Positions 18,449-28,329 of a stretch of DNA of 57,186 bases are shown here, one piece after another; the first letter of the stretch is position 1; each line of letters begins with the position of its first letter. The stretch is from positions 1-57,186 of the forward strand of contig JBEQAY010000003.1 of the NCBI GenBank assembly GCA_041640075.1. Reading direction: 5' to 3'. The position numbers were made by a program, and so were the translations under genes. The notes beneath the pieces were generated by a model. It was not told the origin of the DNA and ran no database searches. It saw only the letters and a program-made list of their open reading frames with translations. Origin of the DNA: Candidatus Nanohaloarchaea archaeon (GTDB taxonomy: Archaea > Nanohalarchaeota > Nanosalinia > Nanosalinales > Nanosalinaceae).

Positions 18449-18979
18449 CTATTTCCACAACCCTCTAAATTTGAACCCATAGTTCTGTGACATTATCTCA
18501 GAAATAATTTCCCGAGCTTTCATTCCTAACCACTCTTCCTTCGATAGAGGATTCTCATCAAACTCCTCCGGTATCGCAGATTGTGGCAATATTGTGACTT
18601 CATCTGATTGTAAATCCGCCTTGATATTTACTTTCCTTTCTAGTTCGTCTTGATTGCGTTCTAGAAGATAAGCTTTTCCGAAGCTGCCTGTATCATCATA
18701 GACATAGTAAACTATCCTCTCCGTTTCTAAATCAAGTTCTTCTTCTAAAGAATCTACTACTTTCAAAATCTCTTGGTCAAGAATACTTCGATCAAATGAT
18801 TCACAAAATATATAGGCGTAGTTTCCATCGCAGTAGTTGTGTTCAGAACCTTTTCTCCTTTCATCTATCATCTTATCATCAAAACTGGAAGTTCTTAATT
18901 CAGATAGAACTCTCTCAATCTCATCGGATGTGAAATCTTTTCCTGAAAACTCAAACTCTAGCTTTGAATAACTGGACAT
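18449..18979 (-). CDS. Hypothetical protein, AT-rich, adjacent to the tRNA-Thr 3' end
   Basis: 176-aa ORF in visibly lower-GC DNA. Confidence 0.6.
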   Translation of the reverse strand: MSSYSKLEFEFSGKDFTSDEIERVLSELRTSSFDDKMIDERRKGSEHNYCDGNYAYIFCESFDRSILDQEILKVVDSLEEELDLETERIVYYVYDDTGSFGKAYLLERNQDELERKVNIKADLQSDEVTILPQSAIPEEFDENPLSKEEWLGMKAREIISEIMSQNYGFKFRGLWK

Positions 18980-19353
18980 TATACACGATTATGATATCAC
19001 GAAATTTTAAATATGCCTCCAGAATGTAATTAAATCGAAATCAATCCCTGAAAATGTATAAGATACTGAGGATCAATTAAACCAGATAGGAAAGCTGGTC
19101 ATGAATTCCACCAACTATAGCCTAGTTCATAGGCCATCAAAGACAATTATTAAATCATCTGAAGAACACTTAGTCTAACTATATTTTGCCTTTCCTTAAG
19201 GGCTCTTAGCGTTCTAATAACAGTAAATTTAAGCGAATCGATTTTAGGAGAATACGCCCTGAAGGGCGCCCAAAGGTTCCAGAAAAAGAGGGCGAAATTT
19301 TCCTCAAGCCACTACCCAGATCAAAATATATGTGAAATGTTCCAGAGATCCTA

Positions 19354-19776
19354 TCAAATACCAAGCTCCGCTTCTGCCTTTTCATAGGCTTCCTCAAAGT
19401 TGTCCGGCCATTCAGTAGGATCTATTATGAAGACTTCATGTACGCTGCCGCCGAAATCCTCCAGTTTCTTTTCTCTATCCGCCGGGCTGCAGTTTGATTC
19501 TACTTCAATAACTGTATCAGTGCTGGCATCGTATATGTCAGCTTCTCTGCCGTTAGAGAACTCTACCTCGGTCAGAAATATATGGCCAGCATCGTGTAAA
19601 GCCTTGCAGATCATAGATTTTATGAAACCATGTTTTACTCCGCCTTTAAACTTTACAGAGTTTATTTTCCCCTTCTTGAACTCGAAGTCCTTCTGGTTCA
19701 TTCTGAACATGCATTTTCTGTAGTCAGTTGTAGTTTCAGTGAAAGTTTCGACTTCAGAGTATATTCTTCTTCCCAC
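19354..19776 (-). CDS. Small PD-(D/E)XK nuclease-like protein
   Basis: H..IK...TEVEF..GREADIY...VIEVES motif. Confidence 0.55.
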   Translation of the reverse strand: MGRRIYSEVETFTETTTDYRKCMFRMNQKDFEFKKGKINSVKFKGGVKHGFIKSMICKALHDAGHIFLTEVEFSNGREADIYDASTDTVIEVESNCSPADREKKLEDFGGSVHEVFIIDPTEWPDNFEEAYEKAEAELGI

Positions 19777-19933
19777 GGTTAGTTTTTGAGGTTTGAAAGA
19801 GTTAAATGATTTGGTTAAAACTTTCTAAGCTTTTTGAAACTGTTTTAAACAGGTTTCAGGGTTACCTTTAACTCAGTTAAAGCGCAGGTGATGTGGAGTT
19901 TTTTATCGTAAAGGTTCCAATTTTACTTCTGTG

Positions 19934-20299
19934 ATGAAGCAGAAGTTCAGAGAAGCCGATCTCAAGGAGTCAATGGTGCAGCTCAAGGATTTGGAGGAGC
20001 GGAAGTACAACCATTTCGTGGACAATTTTTACATTTTAAGGTCAGCACTGCGTTATTACGCTGTAAAGAAAGGAAATTCCTTTACGTCGTCAAAGATGTC
20101 CGAAGATTTTCCTTTGGCAGTGACAGTTGCTGGCTCCTGCCTCAATATTCTCACGGAGCTTGAAGTAGTTGAGCCACGCACCAGGTCAAGTTCTCCAGAC
20201 CGTTACACACCTGAAAAAGTTGAAATGGAGAAAATGAGGGAAATAGGTAATGTTCTAAGAGAAAACCACGAAATAAAACCCTTCAACAGCCGTGGATAA
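19934..20299 (+). CDS. Hypothetical protein, possible winged-helix
   Basis: FTSSKMSEDFPLAVTVAGSCLNILTELEVVE has an HTH-like pattern followed by a wing. Confidence 0.55.
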   Translation: MKQKFREADLKESMVQLKDLEERKYNHFVDNFYILRSALRYYAVKKGNSFTSSKMSEDFPLAVTVAGSCLNILTELEVVEPRTRSSSPDRYTPEKVEMEKMREIGNVLRENHEIKPFNSRG

Positions 20300-20305
20300 A
20301 ATATA

Positions 20306-21535
20306 ATGAGTATCAGGGAGAAGATAGAAGGTTTACTGAAGAAGGAAAAAGAGGAACTGAAGATAGAACTAAGTGACGTACCCGAAATATTTCGGGGAAG
20401 GAAAGAATACGAAATCAACAAGGCTCTTGATAAAGAAGAAGAACTGAAGGCTCTATCTGAGGAGATAATTACTCAGCTTGAGGATTCACTGGATGAGATA
20501 AAGGATTTCAAGGATGATGAAGATCTTCAGGTCGTTGAAGACGTGGCACAGAGCTTCTACAACAGGAGAAAAAATCTTATCGAAGATCTGAAGCTTTCTG
20601 AGAACCTTGAAGAACATGTAAATGACTTCAAGAGTTTTGTAGAATATTTCAATGATGTTTCGCGGAAAGAAGGTGTTGTGATGAAGAGGATTGAGAAGCA
20701 GTCGGGAGAGCTGCAGTCCTCGATACAGGAAATGATAGATCATTCTGAGGAACTTGAGGAGTTCCTTGAAAACGGTTACAGGCCTGTAACCAAGATGCAG
20801 GAGACAGAACACACGACAAGTGAAATCCAGGAACTCCAGGAAGAGATAGAAGACACGAAAAAGGAGATCAAAGAACTAAAGAAGTCAGACAGGGAAAACG
20901 AACTCGAGTCCAGAAAACAGGAACTGGCAGATCTAAGGGAAAGCCAGGAGATGAAAGAGAAAAAAGAACTTGAAAACAGGAAAGAGGAGTTGAAAGATTC
21001 TAAAGATGAAAAAATCTCTTCCATAAACAAAGACATCTCAAAGATCGAAAGAGGACTTAAGAAAGCAATTTACGAGGTCAGAAACAATGATACAGACTTT
21101 TCGGGCGATTTGAAAGGTCTGGAAGGTTTGATGGAGCATGAGTTCCAGAAAAACATCGATGCCGTAGATGACCTAGAGGAGATCGAACAGATAATAGAGA
21201 AAAATTCTCTGCTGGGCGACAGGCAGATGCAGAAATTCAGAGAAGGCGCCGAAAATCTTTCAGATCTTGAAGAACAGTTGAAACAGGTCTCAGAGATTGA
21301 AGACGAAATTAAAGAAGTTGAAGAAGAGCTTGAAGAGCTTGATGTCACAACGGAAAAAGAAGATCTTGAGAAAAGTATCAGGAGTATTGAATCCGAGATA
21401 GAGCAAAACGAGGAGAGAGTATCCGAGCTGGAGGACAGACTTGAAGAGTTACGTGAAAGACTTGATGACCGAGTTTCAAGCTTTGAAGACAGCTTAAGCC
21501 GAGAACTGGACGCTGATGTAACAATCAGTCCCTGA
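20306..21535 (+). CDS. Long coiled-coil protein
   Basis: 409 aa, E/K/L heptad-rich, no ATPase motifs. Confidence 0.75.
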   Translation: MSIREKIEGLLKKEKEELKIELSDVPEIFRGRKEYEINKALDKEEELKALSEEIITQLEDSLDEIKDFKDDEDLQVVEDVAQSFYNRRKNLIEDLKLSENLEEHVNDFKSFVEYFNDVSRKEGVVMKRIEKQSGELQSSIQEMIDHSEELEEFLENGYRPVTKMQETEHTTSEIQELQEEIEDTKKEIKELKKSDRENELESRKQELADLRESQEMKEKKELENRKEELKDSKDEKISSINKDISKIERGLKKAIYEVRNNDTDFSGDLKGLEGLMEHEFQKNIDAVDDLEEIEQIIEKNSLLGDRQMQKFREGAENLSDLEEQLKQVSEIEDEIKEVEEELEELDVTTEKEDLEKSIRSIESEIEQNEERVSELEDRLEELRERLDDRVSSFEDSLSRELDADVTISP

Positions 21536-21539
21536 AGGG

Positions 21540-21767
21540 CTATTTTTCGTACAGAAGCATAAGTGAGATATTCTGTCTTGGACCCTGTTCAAGCTCATGT
21601 ATTTCTTCCAGCCTGAAGTTTCTTTTAGCGTGTCTCCTGATGCTTTCATTTACTGCATCCGCCAGTCCCTGTCCTGGGGGAGCAGATATCCAGTCTACCT
21701 GTTGGTCAACCAAGATTTTGCCACCTGTATAATAGATATTTTTCCAGAGTGAAAAATCTTCAGTCAC
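21540..21767 (-). CDS. Small hypothetical protein
   Basis: 75-aa ORF filling the intergenic space. Confidence 0.4.
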   Translation of the reverse strand: MTEDFSLWKNIYYTGGKILVDQQVDWISAPPGQGLADAVNESIRRHAKRNFRLEEIHELEQGPRQNISLMLLYEK

Positions 21768-21778
21768 TTACCGTATGC

Positions 21779-21988
21779 ATGGATGCTCTGAAGGATTTTG
21801 TGGAAAAATACCGTGATCCCCTCACAGTGATCGGTATAGTAACTGTACTGGGTTCATGGCTTGTTATACCCCTTGCAGGATACTACATGTATGACATACC
21901 TGCACTTGACACTGCCTTCCTTCTGACAGTTTTCTGGACAGGTGTATGGAGTGTAAACGTTCTGCGGAAAAGATATCTCGAATTCTAA
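21779..21988 (+). CDS. Small 2-TM membrane protein
   Basis: MDALKDF start, two hydrophobic helices. Confidence 0.55.
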   Translation: MDALKDFVEKYRDPLTVIGIVTVLGSWLVIPLAGYYMYDIPALDTAFLLTVFWTGVWSVNVLRKRYLEF

Positions 21989-21997
21989 GGAAACTTT

Positions 21998-22438
21998 CTA
22001 ACAGGCCACGCTTTCCTCTGATTCTACAGTACAGTTATACGTATCCAGAGATTTTTCCCGGTTCTCAAGCTCCAGTAAAACGGTTTTACCTGTTTCAGGG
22101 AAATCTATAGATGTTTCACAGTCATATAAGCTGGTGGGTGGCAGATCCTCTACAGGGCGGCACTCCGAGTCCTGTGGATCAGTGCTTACTGATAGATTTC
22201 CAGTACTGACTGTCTTTGTGCCTGTATTTCTTACCTGAAGTACTATTTCACCATCTGACTCGAATACTGCTGCTATGTCCATGCTGATGGCGTTCTGCTG
22301 CATTCTTTCCATAACCTGGTCCTGTGTCTCCTCGGCCTGTGACTGTATGTCACTTGGGGAGGGTCCGGAAGTGCATCCTGAAGCCAGGACAGCCGAGAAT
22401 AATGCTGCAAGGAGTATCTTGGATCTGGACTGGTCCAT
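21998..22438 (-). CDS. Secreted lipoprotein with beta-sandwich-like domain
   Basis: Lipobox LASGC; VRNTG motif; paired Cys residues. Confidence 0.65.
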   Translation of the reverse strand: MDQSRSKILLAALFSAVLASGCTSGPSPSDIQSQAEETQDQVMERMQQNAISMDIAAVFESDGEIVLQVRNTGTKTVSTGNLSVSTDPQDSECRPVEDLPPTSLYDCETSIDFPETGKTVLLELENREKSLDTYNCTVESEESVAC

Positions 22439-22472
22439 AAGTGGTAATCCCTCTGACTGCATTTATATCCGT

Positions 22473-24254
22473 TTACTGGTTGATCTGGTTTTCAGCCTTT
22501 CTGATGTGTTCTCTGTACCTCTGTATGGCTGTTTCCACGGTTTCTGTTGAAGTCATGTCAACTCCTGCAACTTTCAGAGCCTCCACAGGATACTTCCTTG
22601 AACCTGTTGAGAGGAACTCTAGATAGTCCTCTGGTCCATCCTCCAGGATTTTCTCTACCAGTGTTTCTGCCGCGGAGATGCCGGTGGCGTACTGGTAGAC
22701 ATAGAAGTTGTAGTAGAAATGCGGTATACGCATCCACTCCCTCTGGATATGATCGTCAAGCTCCACAGGGCCGTGATATTTCTCCTTCAGTTCACCGTAG
22801 GCCTCAGTCAAGGAGTCAGATGTCAGTGCCTCTCCCTCCTCAACTTTCTCATGAACCTGCTGTTCAAAATCTGCGAACATCGTCTGTCTGAACAAGGTGT
22901 TTCTGAAATTCTCTAGATAATGGCTGAGTGCGTGCTTTCGCAGTTCTTCGCTCTCTGCGTTCTCCAGTAGATGTCTTGTGAGAAGCGCCTCATTTACCGT
23001 AGAGGCAACTTCAGCCACAAATATTCCATAGTTATAGTATGTGTAGGGTTGATTCTTTTTTGAGTAATAGGAGTGCATAGAGTGTCCTAGTTCATGTGCC
23101 AGAGTATACATCGATGAAACGTCGTCATGATAATTCATCAAGATGTAAGGCTGTGAATCATACGTGCTCGAAGAGTAAGCACCTGAACGTTTGCCTTTGT
23201 TCTCGTAGACGTCTACCCAGCCAGACTCAAGTCCTTCACGCATAGACTCCTGATAATCCTCACCCAGAGGAGCTACAGCCTCGATCACGTGCTCCTTGGC
23301 TTCTTCATAACCTATCTCCGGGCCTTCAGACTCTGCTATCGGCATGTAAACATCTTCCGGCCTCAACTCATCAACATCTAGGACCTCTCTTTTCAGCTCC
23401 AGATGTGAATGAAGTGCATCAAGACCCGACTCTACAGTATTCACCAGATTATCGTACACACTGACCGGAATATTTGATGAGAAAAGTGAGGTCTTTCTGG
23501 CGGATTCAAAGTCTCTGATATCCGACATCTTCACGTTCCTCCTGATATTCTTCTCAAAATTTGTGGCAACTGTATTCTTGACCGTGGAAAGTTCCGAGTA
23601 AAATTTTTTATGAACCCTGTTCCTGAACTCTCTGTCACTGTTCTTCAGGAGCTTGGTGAGGTTACTCTGGGTTATCTCCACCGACTCTCCTTCAGGTGTC
23701 TCTACCTCCGGGAACTGCATATCAGCATTCATCAAGGCTTTATAGGCTGTGTCCGGTGCATCTAGGACGTCTCCAAGGCCAGCAAGAACCTCTTCAACTT
23801 CCTGTGATCTGGTATGTGGTTTGAATCTTAGAATATCGTCGAAGAAATGCCTGTACTCTTCAAGTTCCTCTCGTTCATCAATCAATTCATTTATCCTTTC
23901 TCTACCTGCCTGCTGTATCTCAGGATCTATGAAGCTCAATTCGGATGATAACCTGGAGGATAGACTGGTGGCTCTGGACTTCATGGCCTGGTAACGGTCT
24001 TCTCTGGTATCTTCATCGTATCTTTTGCTGGCATAAGAGCTGATGTCTGCCACACTCCTCTTCAGGTCTTCTCTAAGCTCCAGTAAATCCAGAAGTGTAT
24101 CAGCGGATTCAGTGGCTCTTCCTCTGTAATCCTCGAGTTCCTTGATCTTCTCAGAGACTTTTTCAAACTCTTCCTCCCATTCCTCATCGTCCTCAAACAG
24201 GAGATCAAGATTCCATTTGTATTTCTCATCCAGTTTTTCTCTTTCCTTTACCAT
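22473..24254 (-). CDS. pepF: Oligoendopeptidase F (M3B)
   Basis: HELGH zinc motif, KRSGAYS, VAEVAS and IPHFYYNFYVYQYA. Confidence 0.95.
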   Translation of the reverse strand: MVKEREKLDEKYKWNLDLLFEDDEEWEEEFEKVSEKIKELEDYRGRATESADTLLDLLELREDLKRSVADISSYASKRYDEDTREDRYQAMKSRATSLSSRLSSELSFIDPEIQQAGRERINELIDEREELEEYRHFFDDILRFKPHTRSQEVEEVLAGLGDVLDAPDTAYKALMNADMQFPEVETPEGESVEITQSNLTKLLKNSDREFRNRVHKKFYSELSTVKNTVATNFEKNIRRNVKMSDIRDFESARKTSLFSSNIPVSVYDNLVNTVESGLDALHSHLELKREVLDVDELRPEDVYMPIAESEGPEIGYEEAKEHVIEAVAPLGEDYQESMREGLESGWVDVYENKGKRSGAYSSSTYDSQPYILMNYHDDVSSMYTLAHELGHSMHSYYSKKNQPYTYYNYGIFVAEVASTVNEALLTRHLLENAESEELRKHALSHYLENFRNTLFRQTMFADFEQQVHEKVEEGEALTSDSLTEAYGELKEKYHGPVELDDHIQREWMRIPHFYYNFYVYQYATGISAAETLVEKILEDGPEDYLEFLSTGSRKYPVEALKVAGVDMTSTETVETAIQRYREHIRKAENQINQ

Positions 24255-24382
24255 GTACAGTTCTCAACCTGTAGAAGATAAAAAACTTTCAGAATCAGTC
24301 AGAAGGTTTCGTGACCGAAACCCGTTACAGGCGAAGATTGTAATAGATTGTGGCCGAACTGTTTCGTGGTGATAATTTTTCT

Positions 24383-25177
24383 ATGACTGAAATACCGAAA
24401 CTAGGACTCGGAACCTGGCAGAACACAGACCCTGAAAAATGTACTAACGCAGTAAAAACAGCTCTCGAAATGGGCTACGAACATATCGACACGGCACAGG
24501 CCTACGGCAACGAGGAAGAAGTCGGAGAAGGACTCAAAAAAGCAGACGTCGACCGCGAAGACTACTTCCTGGCTTCAAAGGTCTGGATCGACCAGCTAGC
24601 TCCTGAAAATGTGAAGGAATCAACCAGAGAATCCGTGGAGAAACTTGGAGTCGACTACGTCGACCTGATGTACATCCACTGGCCGGCCGGAGACTACAGC
24701 CCTCAGGAAACTCTGAAGGCGTTCAAGGAACTGATCCACTCAGGTGAGATCAAAAACATCGGAATCAGCAACTTTGAACCGGAGCAGGTCGATAAAGCCA
24801 TGGAGATCGCGCCGAAGCATATCGTCGCGAACCAGGTGGAGATGCATCCACTGCTTCAGCAGGAAGAGCTACTGGAGAAGTGCAGGGAACACGATATCAC
24901 TCTTGTAGCATACAGTCCTCTAGCACGTGGAGAGGTTTTCAACGTTCCTGAGCTGCAGGAAATCGCGGATAAACACGGCGTAAGTGAGGCACAGGTCAGC
25001 CTGGCATGGCTGATGCAGAAAGACGGCGTGGTAGCTATTCCTAAGGCAACAGGAGAAGACCATATCCGGGACAACTACAAGGCACTGCATCTTGAGCTTG
25101 ATGAGGAAGATGTCGAGAAGATCGATTCGATCGACAGGGAAGAAAGACAGGTCGATCCCGACTTCGCACCCTGGTAA
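24383..25177 (+). CDS. Aldo/keto reductase
   Basis: LGLGTW, IDTAQAYGNE, YIHWP, IGISNF, AYSPL and IPKA. Confidence 0.95.
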   Translation: MTEIPKLGLGTWQNTDPEKCTNAVKTALEMGYEHIDTAQAYGNEEEVGEGLKKADVDREDYFLASKVWIDQLAPENVKESTRESVEKLGVDYVDLMYIHWPAGDYSPQETLKAFKELIHSGEIKNIGISNFEPEQVDKAMEIAPKHIVANQVEMHPLLQQEELLEKCREHDITLVAYSPLARGEVFNVPELQEIADKHGVSEAQVSLAWLMQKDGVVAIPKATGEDHIRDNYKALHLELDEEDVEKIDSIDREERQVDPDFAPW

Positions 25178-25274
25178 AACTCTTCCCGAAAAATTTTCTT
25201 TCACCTTTCCTTTTCTGGCTTCTTTCTGAAATCTTTCGAAGGATTATTAGTTCTGCAGTTCAACTTCCTGTGAT

Positions 25275-25760
25275 GTGAAGGCAGGAATTTTCGACATAGA
25301 TGGGACACTTGTACGTGAAGAGAACGGTGTAGAGGAGGTAGTGAAGTCTCTCAGAAGTCTCGCAACCATGACCTACCATGCAGAGGATTTCAAAGCAGTT
25401 GTGCTTACAGCGAGATCAGATGAAGTGAGAACGGAAACGGAAGAAATGCTGGAGGAGAACGAAGTTCTATACGACGAACTCCATATGAGAGATAGCAGCG
25501 ACATGAATAAACCGGATTACCTATTCAAGAAGCAGAAAATTGATGAATTACGTGAAGACGGTGTAGAGATAGATTTTGCGGTAGAGGACAGAGGTAAAGT
25601 AGCCAGGATGTTCGAAGAGGAAGATATCACATGTCTCAAGATGCCGGAAACTCATAGAATCCGTCACAGTTTCTTCGATGGATTGAGAAAGCTTTATCCA
25701 CTTGCACCAAGGTTCCTCAAAAATCTATACCTGCGGCGATACCGCAAGAACTTCAAATAA
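25275..25760 (+). CDS. HAD-family phosphatase (polynucleotide 3'-phosphatase-like)
   Basis: DIDGTL, LTAR, conserved K and EDR motifs. Confidence 0.75.
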   Translation: MKAGIFDIDGTLVREENGVEEVVKSLRSLATMTYHAEDFKAVVLTARSDEVRTETEEMLEENEVLYDELHMRDSSDMNKPDYLFKKQKIDELREDGVEIDFAVEDRGKVARMFEEEDITCLKMPETHRIRHSFFDGLRKLYPLAPRFLKNLYLRRYRKNFK

Positions 25761-25764
25761 GGAT

Positions 25765-26202
25765 TTAATCCAGTTTCTCTATCTTCTCCATGTTCAACCA
25801 GTGTTTTTCGTCCGGTCCGATGTTGTAGCGGTAGTGGAGAAGGTATACACCGGAGGGATAGTCAAGTATCTGCTTCGATGATCTTATGGTTCCGTCACGT
25901 GTCAGGTTTGACAGCTGCATGTCTGCGTTTCCATCTGCCTGTAGATCCAGGTAGAAACTTGTGCTGCTGCCCTGCTCCATCGATATCTCAAGTGTTTCAT
26001 TGAAGAAATCTATATTCATGGAGTCATGGCTGCTATTCAGTTCCTGGTTGATCTGTACCGTTGGGTTCTGCGAGACGCTCTCTCCACCTATCAATGCGTA
26101 TGTTCCTGCTGCCGAGATAACCGTGACCACTATAAATAAAGCTAGATCCACAGGGTTGATTTTTTCCCTTGCTCCCTTGTAGAGATCTCTAGAATCAGTC
26201 AT
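25765..26202 (-). CDS. Hypothetical single-TM protein
   Basis: N-terminal TM followed by an extracellular domain. Confidence 0.6.
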   Translation of the reverse strand: MTDSRDLYKGAREKINPVDLALFIVVTVISAAGTYALIGGESVSQNPTVQINQELNSSHDSMNIDFFNETLEISMEQGSSTSFYLDLQADGNADMQLSNLTRDGTIRSSKQILDYPSGVYLLHYRYNIGPDEKHWLNMEKIEKLD

Positions 26203-26665
26203 CGGTTCCCCACGGCCAGTAATCCTTCTCCAGTTTTAAATCAGCTATAGTTTCCATGATTTCGTTCTCGGTCTCGTCGTCGAACCAACCTTTCAGGTTG
26301 TCCCTCATTTCCTCGTAACCATCGGACTCATAGGCTATTTCTTCCTCTTCATCCAGAAAAACAAGGTTGTAACCGGTCAAAAATACTTTACGGCCGTCGT
26401 AATCTTCTTCAAGTATATATCCTGCCTTAGAAAGGTTTTCCAGGCTGTAGTTCTCTCTTCCTGTGATGGTTTCCTGCTTATAGAGTTCCCCGTAGAGCAT
26501 TACCTCCTTTGGGTCGCTGCTGAGGTCGTTCCAGACCTGTTCAGTTAGCTCTGTTTCAGAGACTTCAAGCTCTCGTTCCTCTGTTTCAAGAACATATTCC
26601 TGTCCTGATTTCTTGAGCTGTCCTTGATGCCAGCTCTGTCCATAGTTTTCTTTTTCTGCTTCCAT
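26195..26665 (-). CDS. Hypothetical acidic protein
   Basis: 156-aa ORF overlapping the downstream gene start. Confidence 0.6.
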   Translation of the reverse strand: MEAEKENYGQSWHQGQLKKSGQEYVLETEERELEVSETELTEQVWNDLSSDPKEVMLYGELYKQETITGRENYSLENLSKAGYILEEDYDGRKVFLTGYNLVFLDEEEEIAYESDGYEEMRDNLKGWFDDETENEIMETIADLKLEKDYWPWGTDD

Positions 26666-26751
26666 GTTTGAACAGATAGATGTAAAAAATTTTATCGATG
26701 GAGATCGAGGAACGAGTTGATTTTTGAATCTTGTACTGCGTGAGTGTTTAC

Positions 26752-27111
26752 ATGGATCTTGAGAAGTTTATACCGGATAACTACGGACAGCTTGAAAACT
26801 CGGACCTTGCGCTTTCAGAGGGACGTATCGCCCGTTTGCTGCGGGAGAGGATGGATGAAGACCAGACACTGGATGGAGACGTGCCTCACGTCATTAACAC
26901 TGTGCTTTCAGGTCTCCTGGATGAGATAATCGACGGTACACTTGATGAAGCAGATATGATGGCAAAAGTCAAGGAGTCACATCTGCGAGTTGCGTTGAGG
27001 AATGTCGAGATACAGGAAGAGTACAATGCCCGTACTCAGGCGTTTATCGAGGAGTTACGAAGTATATCCGATGAGATGGAGAAGACAGCGGATAGGCTTG
27101 AAGACAACTAA
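26752..27111 (+). CDS. Histone-fold-like protein with C-terminal helix
   Basis: LSEGRIARLLR..TLDGDVPHVINTVLSGLLDEIIDG..AKVKESHLRVAL resembles the alpha1-L1-alpha2-L2-alpha3 histone fold. Confidence 0.55.
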   Translation: MDLEKFIPDNYGQLENSDLALSEGRIARLLRERMDEDQTLDGDVPHVINTVLSGLLDEIIDGTLDEADMMAKVKESHLRVALRNVEIQEEYNARTQAFIEELRSISDEMEKTADRLEDN

Positions 27112-27144
27112 AGAATTATAACCTATCCTTTACCTCTTCTTTTT

Positions 27145-27378
27145 ATGGACGAGATGAATCGCCTGGAACTGGCGTCTTACGTGGTCGTTGTTGCAGGTGC
27201 GCTTAACTGGATTTTCACCGGTATGGGCATGCTTTCAAACAGTTCCCGGACAGTTTACAACCCGGTTTACCAGCTAGCAAACGCTGTAAGAGTGCCGGAG
27301 ATCGAAGCGGTATTTTACCTGATCGTTGGTTTCGCGGCTCTTTACCAGATCTACTTCGGCTACAGGCTTTACCAGTAA
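27145..27378 (+). CDS. DUF378-like small membrane protein
   Basis: GALNW ... YLIVGFAALY pattern. Confidence 0.7.
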   Translation: MDEMNRLELASYVVVVAGALNWIFTGMGMLSNSSRTVYNPVYQLANAVRVPEIEAVFYLIVGFAALYQIYFGYRLYQ

Positions 27379-27385
27379 AAATTCC

Positions 27386-27556
27386 TTATTCATCCATTTT
27401 TTCTTCCAGGTCACTTTCCAGATCCATTACTTCCTCCATCTGTTCCTCCATCTTACCTACCTGGGAGTACATAGTGTACTGGATGTATAGAAGTGTCAGA
27501 CCCACTCCTGCGATCAATCCTATCAGGAAAGCTGCAAGTGTGAATAGCAGGTTCAT
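27386..27556 (-). CDS. Small TM + coiled-coil protein (56 aa)
   Basis: Manual translation gives MNLLFTLAAFLIGLIAGVGLTLLYIQYTMYSQVGKMEEQMEEVMDLESDLEEKMDE. Confidence 0.65.
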   Translation of the reverse strand: MNLLFTLAAFLIGLIAGVGLTLLYIQYTMYSQVGKMEEQMEEVMDLESDLEEKMDE

Positions 27557-27659
27557 GTACATCTTTCTGGTGACGGTTTTATTTTAAACCAGACGACCTC
27601 TAGGTAACGGGAACCGATAAAACCCTGCGGAGACAAAATGTTTGACAGGTGTTTAAATT

Positions 27660-28262
27660 ATGACAGAATACAGTCTTGCAGAACTCCCGTATGAATACAG
27701 CGCTCTTGAACCCTCTATCTCCGAACAGGTGCTTGAATGGCATCACGACACCCATCACCAGGGATACGTGAACGGTGTCAATACAGCAGAGGAAGATTTG
27801 GAGGAACAGCGTGAGAACGGAGATTTTTCCGGTACAGGTAGCATACTGAACAGTTTCACCCATAACTTCTGTGGACATGTACTGCACGAGCTTTTCTGGA
27901 ACAACATGTCTCCGAACGGCGGTGGAAAACCTTCCGGCGACCTGATGGATAAGATCGAGGAAGACTTCGGAAGCTTCGAGGCCTGGAAACAGGAGTTCAA
28001 GGCAGCCGCCAAGAGCGCTTCCGGATGGGCCTTACTGGTTTACATCCCACGTGAAGACGAGCTGCACAACGTTGCAGTCGACAAGCACGACGACGGCGCG
28101 GTCTGGGGAGCACACCCGGTACTTGCCCTAGACGTGTGGGAACATTCCTACTACCACGACTACGGACCAAAGCGTGGAGACTTCATCGACAGCTTCTTCG
28201 ACGTAGTTAACTGGGAAAACGTCGAGGAAAACTACACAGAGATCTCCGAAACGTTCAACTAA
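27660..28262 (+). CDS. sod: Fe/Mn superoxide dismutase
   Basis: HHDTHHQGYV, GHVLH and DVWEHSYY. Confidence 0.97.
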   Translation: MTEYSLAELPYEYSALEPSISEQVLEWHHDTHHQGYVNGVNTAEEDLEEQRENGDFSGTGSILNSFTHNFCGHVLHELFWNNMSPNGGGKPSGDLMDKIEEDFGSFEAWKQEFKAAAKSASGWALLVYIPREDELHNVAVDKHDDGAVWGAHPVLALDVWEHSYYHDYGPKRGDFIDSFFDVVNWENVEENYTEISETFN

Positions 28263-28329
28263 AAAATTCTTTACAGGAAGCCTGATTTAGGCCTCTTTCT
28301 CTTTTCTACTTCTTTTTCTAAATTTTTCT

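Noticed and set aside
20306..21535. SMC/Rad50, or another member of the carrier family
   Set aside because: No Walker motifs, and I could not see the carrier blocks; treated as a generic coiled coil.
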